From contig CBDAOB010000004.1 in the NCBI GenBank assembly GCA_965197905.1, positions 672,001-736,000 on the forward strand: a DNA stretch of 64,000 nucleotides, read 5' to 3'. Below the pieces are notes generated by a model. The model had not been told where the DNA came from and ran no database searches. It saw only the letters and a program-made list of their open reading frames with translations. The position numbers were made by a program, and so were the translations under genes. This document shows, piece after piece, positions 1-7,690 of this stretch. Positions within the stretch are counted from its first letter, which is position 1. Every line of letters starts with the position of its first letter. The DNA is from Candidatus Latescibacterota bacterium (GTDB taxonomy: Bacteria; Latescibacterota; UBA2968; UBA8231).

Positions 1-234
1 GAGAAGCGAACGGTGGGCGGCGAGACGGTATGGAAATCTCGGGTCGTGCCCATGGGCCAGGGATATGTGCACTGGGCAGAGGTCTTGCGCGGACTCGAAG
101 CGGCCAGCTTCGAGGGCCACGTCAGCTTCCACAGCGAATACTCCGGGCAGCCGACTAAGCGGGTGGTGGAGCTGGCCCGCACCGACGTCGAGTTTATCGA
201 CGTTACCTTGACCGGCGAGGAACCTGCGATCTAG
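1..234 (+). CDS. Sugar phosphate isomerase/epimerase (xylose-isomerase-like TIM barrel), C-terminal part only
   Basis: Frame open from the window edge; VPMGQGYVHW...FEGHVSFHSEY is a typical AP-endonuclease-2/TIM-barrel C-terminus. Confidence 0.7.
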   Translation, partial: EKRTVGGETVWKSRVVPMGQGYVHWAEVLRGLEAASFEGHVSFHSEYSGQPTKRVVELARTDVEFIDVTLTGEEPAI

Positions 235-399
235 CGGCCCGTGGCAAAAAGCCATTTGGGCTGCGGCCGGCTCTTGCAGCCGACCCCTTCGCTGTGCTCG
301 GTCACCGCATCTTTCTGATGCGTCTTACTCTCACGCCTTGATCTCGGCCGCAATACGTCGGCCTCGCTCTTCAAAGCGCCTTTCACCACCGGCTGCTAG
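231..399. mobile_element. MITE/REP-like non-coding element with imperfect terminal inverted repeats bounded by CTAG
   Basis: Left CTAGCGGCCCGTGGCAAAAAG vs reverse complement of right end CTAGCAGCCGGTGGTGAAAGG (16/21 identical); internal hairpins GGCTGC..GCAGCC and GCATC..GATGC; lies between convergent genes. Confidence 0.55.
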
Positions 400-1037
400 G
401 GCAGCTGCGCCGTCTCTACCTTGATGTAGTTCCCCGGAAACAACCTTCCTTCGACACTAACACCCTTGAAATGGGAACCCTGTCCCAGAAACAGGGCAAT
501 CCCCTGGGGATCGGGCAGATAGTGATAGAGACTCCCGTCCTCTGCCTCCAGGTGATGCAAGTGTCCAAGCTTGCAGCTGTGCGGCAGATCGGCCACGTCT
601 AGTCCACACTGACACTTGTTGGTACCAGCCAGGGTAATCTGCAACCCCGGGTCAGCGCGCAATCCCGCCAGATCGAGGTCCAGGGAAATCGTGTCCGATC
701 TCTTCAGCTCGGCAATGTGCAGCAAGGCCCCACGCTTGAGCAGCTTCCCGGTGACGTGGACGACCGAGCCGGCCTGTAAATCCCCCAGCTTTTCGTCGTT
801 TTCGGGAGTTTCGAGGAAGGAGTAGAGCCCACCAGCGGTGGCCAAGGCGCGGCCCGCGATGCCTTCCTTCTGGTCAGCGCCACCCTTGCTCGTGGCAGCG
901 TGGAAGAACATCTCCATGTCGACGATCACCCCACCCTCGGCGAAATCGGTACTGACAGCGTTTCCGGCATCTTTGGTTGCCGCGCTGGCGGCTGTGAGTG
1001 GCAACATCATTCCGAGCAGTATTCCCCGTGCATTCAT
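396..1037 (-). CDS. Secreted hypothetical protein with Cys/His cluster (possible metal-binding)
   Basis: ATG at 1037 preceded by GAGG; signal-peptide-like MNARGILLGMMLPLTAASA; CQC...HSCKLGHLHH motif. Confidence 0.65.
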   Translation of the reverse strand: MNARGILLGMMLPLTAASAATKDAGNAVSTDFAEGGVIVDMEMFFHAATSKGGADQKEGIAGRALATAGGLYSFLETPENDEKLGDLQAGSVVHVTGKLLKRGALLHIAELKRSDTISLDLDLAGLRADPGLQITLAGTNKCQCGLDVADLPHSCKLGHLHHLEAEDGSLYHYLPDPQGIALFLGQGSHFKGVSVEGRLFPGNYIKVETAQLP

Positions 1038-1217
1038 GACATCCTCTTGGTCGCGATAGTTCGTTCGGTAAAGGTGTGAGGTGAATATCACATGTTTGAT
1101 CCTTTTTGCCAACGACTCGTGAAGCACCTCGGATCAGAATCGCTGCATCGTCCGTCGACCCACCTCTGAGATCCTCGACCTATCTGGTTACAACGCCGGA
1201 AAGGTACGGTCTTTGCG

Positions 1218-2447
1218 ATGATTCTCTCCGGAGAAAACGCCAATCACACAGACAACAGACCTCAGGGCATAGTGATATCTAGAGAGGATCCGGATCAGCA
1301 CCAGATTGTTCTCAGCGGCAAGGGGTTTCGGTTTGTCCGCGGTTTTCTCGGACTGATCGTGCTTCTCGCGGTCGTACTCGTCATCTCCACTCTCGTCATG
1401 AGTTGGAAGTTCGGTATGAACGTCACTGTTGAAGGAAAAGGTGTGGTAGAACCGGTTGACCGCCTTTGGGTCAAGGCACCCCTCAACGGACTCGTTGAGC
1501 GGATCCTCGCCAGGCAGGGTCAGCTTGTTGCAGAGAACGATACCGTGGTCGTGTTGGATACCACGGAACAGCTCGCCGAGATCCGGAAGTTGCAGAATGA
1601 CTTGGAGATCAACCGGAGCCGCAGACTGGAGCTAAAGCTGGAAATCGATCAGGAGGGCAGGGTAGGTGCTGCCAATCTACGAGGCGCGCATACGGACCTG
1701 GCGCGGGCACGGATGGAACTAGCACATGTACTCGCCGAGCAAAGATTGAGCTCGAATGGCGCAGCGATGTTCGCCAGAAAACCGATGGAAGAGCTTATCC
1801 CGGTTCAGAAGAGCCAGGCTCGGCTCGATAAGGCGTTGGCTGACTTGGACCTAGCGAAGAAACGGGGTTTCGTCGATCGCCGAAATCAGGAACTCGAAAC
1901 TCTTTTCAAACTGGGCGAAAAGCTGCGTCACGAGCTCGAAACCATCGCTCGAAGGATCGAGCGGAGCACGGTAACCGCAGGAATTGCCGGAGTGGTGCTC
2001 ACCGGTGATTTGTACCGACGGGTAGGCGACCGCGTGGTGGCTGGAGAGACCATTCTGGAGATCGCCAAGCTCAACCACTGGCAGGCCGAACTTGGAATTG
2101 CCGAACACGACATTCCACGGGTTAAGCCCGGCCAACGAACGCTTCTATACGTAAACGCCTTTCCTCACCTGGAGTTCAAGATATTCGAAGGGACCGTCAG
2201 CCACGTTCCCTCGGCCCCTGGTCCGGCCGTCGCCGGAGTGTCAGAAGGGTATCCGGTGAAAATTGGCGTAAAGAACCCACACGTTACCGATGGAATTGCG
2301 AAATACCGATTAGTTCCGGGAATGCGGGTGGAAGGATCCATCGTCGTGGAGCGCGCCCGGATTCTGGGAATCTTGTGGAAGCGGCTCCTGAAAGCGAGCG
2401 GGAAGCTGGAGAAGAAGAATGAACTTCAACTGCTGGACCCAGTATGA
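1218..2447 (+). CDS. HlyD-family membrane fusion protein (type I secretion / peptide export adaptor)
   Basis: N-terminal TM helix, lipoyl half-motifs (VKAPLNGLVERI..GQLV; TAGIAGVV), long coiled coil, C-terminal LVPGMRVEGSI. Confidence 0.9.
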   Translation: MILSGENANHTDNRPQGIVISREDPDQHQIVLSGKGFRFVRGFLGLIVLLAVVLVISTLVMSWKFGMNVTVEGKGVVEPVDRLWVKAPLNGLVERILARQGQLVAENDTVVVLDTTEQLAEIRKLQNDLEINRSRRLELKLEIDQEGRVGAANLRGAHTDLARARMELAHVLAEQRLSSNGAAMFARKPMEELIPVQKSQARLDKALADLDLAKKRGFVDRRNQELETLFKLGEKLRHELETIARRIERSTVTAGIAGVVLTGDLYRRVGDRVVAGETILEIAKLNHWQAELGIAEHDIPRVKPGQRTLLYVNAFPHLEFKIFEGTVSHVPSAPGPAVAGVSEGYPVKIGVKNPHVTDGIAKYRLVPGMRVEGSIVVERARILGILWKRLLKASGKLEKKNELQLLDPV

Positions 2448-4159
2448 GCAACTTGCTTCGCATGGTGTCGTTGTTGAAGCCATACTGGCGCTACCTTGGT
2501 CAGTCACTTGTCGTCGGAATATTGATCATGATGCTGCAGCTGCCGGGACCGTACATGACCAAAATCCTCGTAGACGATGTCTATCCGCAAGGTGACGAAT
2601 CACTCCTCTGGTGTATCCTGATCCTGGGATCCGTCATGACGATGGGGCTCGGACTCACCAATCTTTTGAGCGGATACTTCGGACAGTTCGTAGGCGTTCA
2701 CATGGGACTCGATTTTCAATCACGGTTCTATCGACACATTCAGTCCCTCGATTTCGGATTCTTCGACCAGCGGGAGACCGGAGCTATCATCTCCAGATTC
2801 GACGACATGTACCAGTCGATCACAAGTGTTATTCAGATAGTCAACTCGTTCGTCATGAACCTGCTGCAGTGCCTCATTTTTCCCCCGATCCTCCTGTTGA
2901 TCAATTGGAAGTTGGCGCTGGTAAGCATTGCCGTCCTGCCTCTCGACACCATTCTCGTGGTAACCACGAGAAAATACTTCAAGAGTCTGTCGGAACGCTT
3001 GGCTCAACGGTCCGCTGAATTGAATGCGCGCCAGTATGAATCGCTCAATGGTATCCGAGCAGTACAAGCGTTGGGGTTGGAATCGAGCTTCTATGTGAAA
3101 ATGGTCCATCTATTGAGCGCGGTGACAGACCTGCAACTTCGATCGGCTCTCTTGCAGGGAGGCACGAACTTCGTTGCAACGAGCATAAGAGCAGGCGGCA
3201 CATTCGCATACGGAATCTACGGATGGACCCAGGTTCTGGAGGGCCATCTTTCGCTCGGTTCGTATCTCGCATTCTCCGGCTATGTAGGATTCTTGTACGG
3301 ACCCATCGGGAATCTCGTAGGGCTTCTCGGACGCGTCGAGGTAACCCTCGTCCACGTAAATCGGTTTCTCGAGTTGTACGACCTGCGCCCATCCATATAC
3401 GACGAGCCCAACCAGAAACGGCTGGGAAGAGTGCGTGGACAGATTTGCTTTGAGGGCGTGAGCTTCTCCTACGATGGCAGGACGATGATCTTGCAGGAGA
3501 TTGGGCTCACCGTGCCCTCCGGATCGACACTCGCCCTCGTTGGTAGAAGCGGAACGGGCAAGTCGACCCTGGCCAAACTGGTCCCACGATTCTACGATCC
3601 AACGTCCGGCACTGTTACCGTCGACGGCGAGGACGTTCGCAACGTCCGTCTGAAATATCTGAGGGAAAACGTCACCTACTCGCTGCAGGGTAACAACATT
3701 TTCCATGGAACGGTGTTGGAGAATCTGACCTTTGGGCGTCCACTGTCGGAAGCCACCGTAAAAGAGGCAGCCCGCAAAGCACACATCCACGATACCATTG
3801 CTGCGCTGCGCGATGGATACGAGAGCCACGTGGGTGAACAGGGTGTGCAGCTATCCGAGGGAGAGCGGCAGCGCCTGGTGTTGGCGAGAATCCTGTTGCT
3901 CGATTCGCCCATCGTTATCCTCGATGAACCGACCTCGGCGCTCGATATGGAATCCGAATACCTCGTTCACGAGGCGCTCGGCAATCTCAAGAGAGATCGC
4001 ACCCTGATCGTTATCGCCCACAAGATTTCGACGATTCGAAGTGCGGACGAGATCGCTGTTTTGGACGGAGGAAGAATCGTAGAGAGGGGGGATCACAGCC
4101 AGCTGGTGAAGGCAGATGGATTGTATTCTCGGATGAACCAACTATCGGCAACGTTGTAG
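2444..4159 (+). CDS. ABC exporter, fused permease + ATPase, no N-terminal C39 peptidase domain
   Basis: ABC membrane domain; Walker A GRSGTGKST, signature LSEGERQR, Walker B IVILDEPT, H-loop IAHK; ATGA overlap with adaptor gene. Confidence 0.93.
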   Translation: MSNLLRMVSLLKPYWRYLGQSLVVGILIMMLQLPGPYMTKILVDDVYPQGDESLLWCILILGSVMTMGLGLTNLLSGYFGQFVGVHMGLDFQSRFYRHIQSLDFGFFDQRETGAIISRFDDMYQSITSVIQIVNSFVMNLLQCLIFPPILLLINWKLALVSIAVLPLDTILVVTTRKYFKSLSERLAQRSAELNARQYESLNGIRAVQALGLESSFYVKMVHLLSAVTDLQLRSALLQGGTNFVATSIRAGGTFAYGIYGWTQVLEGHLSLGSYLAFSGYVGFLYGPIGNLVGLLGRVEVTLVHVNRFLELYDLRPSIYDEPNQKRLGRVRGQICFEGVSFSYDGRTMILQEIGLTVPSGSTLALVGRSGTGKSTLAKLVPRFYDPTSGTVTVDGEDVRNVRLKYLRENVTYSLQGNNIFHGTVLENLTFGRPLSEATVKEAARKAHIHDTIAALRDGYESHVGEQGVQLSEGERQRLVLARILLLDSPIVILDEPTSALDMESEYLVHEALGNLKRDRTLIVIAHKISTIRSADEIAVLDGGRIVERGDHSQLVKADGLYSRMNQLSATL

Positions 4160-4204
4160 AAAGACCTCGGGGAGCTGATCGACACCACATCAAAGGAGAG
4201 AGCA

Positions 4205-4564
4205 ATGAGAACGTTGATTAAACGAAGGCCGAAGTCTTATAGTGGAATGGACTGCAAGGTTAGTGCCTATGGATCTGAGGATGGAGGATTCTTGGGCTCG
4301 ATGAGAGCTCTGGCTGACAGCGTCTTCAGCGGTGGGACTGTGGCTACGGACACCTTCAGCGTAGGTGCCGTTAGCGCACACTACACGGTCACTTCTCCAA
4401 TCAAGATCACGCCCACGAGTGCTACCTTTTCGGGACCTCTTCCCGTAAGTGTCGGAGTAAGCATAGCTCCGTCCACGACAAGCCAAGGTCCAACTCCAGG
4501 ACCAGATAGCTCGATAAACGGGGTAGGGACCTATAGTGCAGTCGCCGACGAAACCCGGCGTTAA
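4205..4564 (+). CDS. Putative precursor peptide / secreted substrate (119 aa, Ser/Thr/Gly-rich)
   Basis: Strong SD AAAGGAG upstream; basic N-terminus MRTLIKRRPK ending in VSAY-G; 19 Ser, 14 Thr, 14 Gly; lies between exporter and proteases. Confidence 0.7.
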   Translation: MRTLIKRRPKSYSGMDCKVSAYGSEDGGFLGSMRALADSVFSGGTVATDTFSVGAVSAHYTVTSPIKITPTSATFSGPLPVSVGVSIAPSTTSQGPTPGPDSSINGVGTYSAVADETRR

Positions 4565-4702
4565 TCGAAGTAAATCTTGGCTTATTGAAGACTGATTGAA
4601 CGGTGTCGAAGCTCCTCGAGGTCGGTCTTAGGTTGTCGACAGTGACGTAAAGTGGGCGCGGCTAGACTTCTGAGAACACTCAACTGCAGCGAGAGACCGA
4701 GA

Positions 4703-5452
4703 ATGGCGAGAAGTGTGAGTTGGCCGAAAGATGTGGACATATCCTTCCTTCGTGGAATGGTACTGCTGGTGGTCTTGTTCTTCGTGCCGCACCTAGTTCT
4801 TGACGCCTCGTTCAGAATGGGATTTCCAAACAACGTGGCAACCGTCAAGCACAGTATCGAGATGGCCCTCATCTATACTGTAGTCCTCGCAGTTGTTCTA
4901 GTTACGCTGAAGCTAGTTGGCCAGATCTCCATCGTGCCCTTCTTGCAGGTGAAGACTCTACTGCCTTCGGAGTTACTCGTTTGCGTATCCTTTGCAGCCT
5001 TGTTCGGCTTCTTTCAATTTTATGCTAGCGTTCCGTACGGAAGGCTGCTTCCAGATGTAGACTACATTCTTTTCTTTTTGGCGGGGCTCCTGGTACACTC
5101 TGTGCTATGGCCTCTGATTGAAGAGGTTATTTTTCGAGGTGTCGCGTTCGTCGCGCTGTTCAACTATAGCAAGAGCCGCCTCACGGCGTACTTGGGATCG
5201 ACCTTCCTGTTTACGATCTTCCACGCGCCTTCTCTTCCGAATCTCTTCCTTCACGCAACTACGGGTCTATCGAACGCACACCTGATCCTCATCGTCTCCT
5301 TCTCGTTTTTTGCAGCCTTTATATATGAACGGACGGGGAAACTCATGCTGTGCGTGCTGGCCCACGGTGTCGTCAACGGCATGGAGTTCCTTGGTGTCAT
5401 TGTTGGTTACATAGTCGATTTTCCGCTTCCAGAGGACGGACCGGGCAACTAA
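4703..5452 (+). CDS. CPBP (CAAX protease/Abi) family intramembrane metalloprotease
   Basis: Motifs EEVIFRG, FTIFH, AHGVVN; multiple TM segments; start uncertain (GTG 4652 or ATG 4703). Confidence 0.88.
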   Translation: MARSVSWPKDVDISFLRGMVLLVVLFFVPHLVLDASFRMGFPNNVATVKHSIEMALIYTVVLAVVLVTLKLVGQISIVPFLQVKTLLPSELLVCVSFAALFGFFQFYASVPYGRLLPDVDYILFFLAGLLVHSVLWPLIEEVIFRGVAFVALFNYSKSRLTAYLGSTFLFTIFHAPSLPNLFLHATTGLSNAHLILIVSFSFFAAFIYERTGKLMLCVLAHGVVNGMEFLGVIVGYIVDFPLPEDGPGN

Positions 5453-5453
5453 G

Positions 5454-7397
5454 ATGTCGAACGCTTTTGCTGGTCTCACTGGCGCCGGCACCAGAGTCGC
5501 GGTAGTCGATAGCGGGGTCGACTTCTCCCATCCGAAAATCGATGGCGCTCCATCGGGAGTCGGACTCCGATACGACGGGGGAAGGGTCGTCGAATCCGGC
5601 AACTTCGACGACGTTGTGGGTCACGGCACCGCGTGCGCCGGAATCGTAAGGAAAAGAGCTCCCGAAACAGACCTGATATCAGTCCGAATATTCGACACTT
5701 CACTGCAAACCCACGGACACAACCTGGTTGCCGCGATACGGTGGTGTCTCGAACACCACATCGATGTCGTGAATCTAAGCCTTGGAACGACCGACCTAGA
5801 TTTCCGGGATGTCCTTTTCGATGCCTGTCAAGAGGCGTTGGACGGCAAGGTACTGATCGTCGCAGCTCACAACAATGAAGAACAGGAGAGTTTCCCAGCC
5901 GTGTTTTCGAATGTCATCGGCGTCACTGCAGGTCGATTTTCCGATTCCAAAGCATACCGCTATCGACCGTTGAACCGCGTTGAATGTGTAGCTCATGGTG
6001 ACCTGCAGCGGGTCTGCTGGTTGAACTCGCGGGAGCTGCTCGTACGGGGGACGAGCTATGCAGCCGCCCATGTTTCGGGGATCGTCGCTCTGCTTCGCCA
6101 GGCCCATCCCCACTGTGACCTGAGTCGGATTCGTGAAGTTCTGATGAGACACGCGGCTCGGAAAGACAGCACCGTTTCAGAACGGGAAGACACGTTACCC
6201 CTGCTCGACGCCAGAAGAATCGGAAAGCGGATCCATCCTGTTCGTGTAGAGCTTCAGCCCATAAAGGCTGCGCTTTACCCGTACAACAAGGAGATGCACG
6301 CTTTCGTGCGTTATCCCGAGCTGATCGATTTCGAGGTTACAGGAGTCGCCGATCCTGCCGGCAAGGGCCTCGTGGGAAAGGATGCGGGTGAGGCGATCGG
6401 TGTCGGCGCGACGGGTGTACGCATCGCATCGCGACTCATCGACGCTCTGACGGACGCAGACACCTTGATTCTGGGATATGTCGACGAGCTGGGACGCATC
6501 TCAGGACGCGACTTCCTGCGTGAATCAGTTCAGACCGCGCTAGACAACGGCCTGAACGTATTCAGCTTCGTCCCGCTCCCGTTTGAGGGTTATGAGGACC
6601 TGCACCATTCGGCGCGAATGAAAAACCTGAAAATCACCTATCCCTGGGTTGCCCCAGACGCGTTACAAACCGCCATCGAGGATCCCAACAGATATGATCG
6701 GGTCCAGATCCCTGTGCTGGCAGTATGCGGCACCGGTCCCCAACAGGGCAAATTTACAGTGCAATTGGCGCTGCGCAGATCCCTATTGAGTATGGGATTC
6801 CGGGTGGGTCAACTGGGAACCGAACATCACAGCGAGCTCTTCGGTTTTGATGCGGCGTTTCCCATGGGTTATGCCTCTCCCCTGGCGATGCCGGTACAAC
6901 TTTTTGTGCCCTTTCTCGATTTCACAATGCGGGAGATCGCGCACGTCGGTAAACCTGATATCCTCATTGCCGGCTCGCAATCCGGCACGATACCGTATGA
7001 TATCGGTCTTCCGGACACACATACCCTGGCATCCATCGCTTTTCTTTTCGGTGTCAAACCGGATGGCTGCGTGCTTGTTGTGAACTCCATCGACTCTTAC
7101 GCCTATATACGCGACACCATAGCCGCCATTAAGGCCTTGGCCAAGGTCCCAACCGTGCTGCTGGCCATGAGCGACAAGGAGAAGAATGTTCAGAGCGCGT
7201 ACGGTCGCACGTGGATAAAACCCCGACAGTTGAGTAGGACAGAGATTTCGGATCGCCTGCGAAATTTGGAGGATAGCTTCTCGCTACCTGCTTTTGAGAT
7301 ATCGGATGGACACAGCCAACGCAGCATGACAGATGCGATAGTAAAGTACTTCACAGAAAGCGGTCCTGAGGATCCATGTCTGACAGCAGCGGCCTAA
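5454..7397 (+). CDS. S8 (subtilisin-like) serine peptidase fused to DUF1611-like Rossmann + P-loop domain
   Basis: Triad motifs VAVVDSG, GHGTACAG, GTSYAAAHVSG; no signal peptide; C-terminal half has GKDAGE and P-loop-like CGTGPQQGKFT. Confidence 0.8.
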   Translation: MSNAFAGLTGAGTRVAVVDSGVDFSHPKIDGAPSGVGLRYDGGRVVESGNFDDVVGHGTACAGIVRKRAPETDLISVRIFDTSLQTHGHNLVAAIRWCLEHHIDVVNLSLGTTDLDFRDVLFDACQEALDGKVLIVAAHNNEEQESFPAVFSNVIGVTAGRFSDSKAYRYRPLNRVECVAHGDLQRVCWLNSRELLVRGTSYAAAHVSGIVALLRQAHPHCDLSRIREVLMRHAARKDSTVSEREDTLPLLDARRIGKRIHPVRVELQPIKAALYPYNKEMHAFVRYPELIDFEVTGVADPAGKGLVGKDAGEAIGVGATGVRIASRLIDALTDADTLILGYVDELGRISGRDFLRESVQTALDNGLNVFSFVPLPFEGYEDLHHSARMKNLKITYPWVAPDALQTAIEDPNRYDRVQIPVLAVCGTGPQQGKFTVQLALRRSLLSMGFRVGQLGTEHHSELFGFDAAFPMGYASPLAMPVQLFVPFLDFTMREIAHVGKPDILIAGSQSGTIPYDIGLPDTHTLASIAFLFGVKPDGCVLVVNSIDSYAYIRDTIAAIKALAKVPTVLLAMSDKEKNVQSAYGRTWIKPRQLSRTEISDRLRNLEDSFSLPAFEISDGHSQRSMTDAIVKYFTESGPEDPCLTAAA

Positions 7398-7690
7398 CAC
7401 TTCGAGTAAAGACGACCATTGTAGTAGCTCTAAAACTCGAAATCGAGCCGGATCAGATAGCGGACGACGAGATCCTTTTTGAAGCGGGATTGGGGGTGGA
7501 CTCCGTCGCCATGATGGAACTCATCGTCGCCCTTGAAAACGAATTCGAGGTAGAATTCAGTGATGAGCTGATACGTATCGAGAACTTCGAATCCGTAGAT
7601 TCGATCGTTAAGTTGCTTGTTCCACTTTTGGAAGATTCCAGGATGGAGAAGGAGCCATGTTCCGCTCAAACCCAAAACGAGAATTTCTAA
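7376..7690 (+). CDS. Stand-alone acyl carrier protein
   Basis: Acidic, GLGVDSVAMMELIVALENEF phosphopantetheine motif. Confidence 0.88.
   Translation: MSDSSGLTLRVKTTIVVALKLEIEPDQIADDEILFEAGLGVDSVAMMELIVALENEFEVEFSDELIRIENFESVDSIVKLLVPLLEDSRMEKEPCSAQTQNENF

Noticed and set aside
1076..1092. CRP/FNR-like site TGTGA...TCACA upstream of the cluster
   Set aside because: Spacing is 8 rather than 6 bp and the inner GTGA-ATA-TCAC dyad is short enough to be chance.
4205..4564. Lanthipeptide, thiopeptide or classic double-glycine bacteriocin assignment
   Set aside because: One Cys only (in the leader), no LanB/C/M, YcaO or radical SAM gene, and the exporter lacks a C39 domain.
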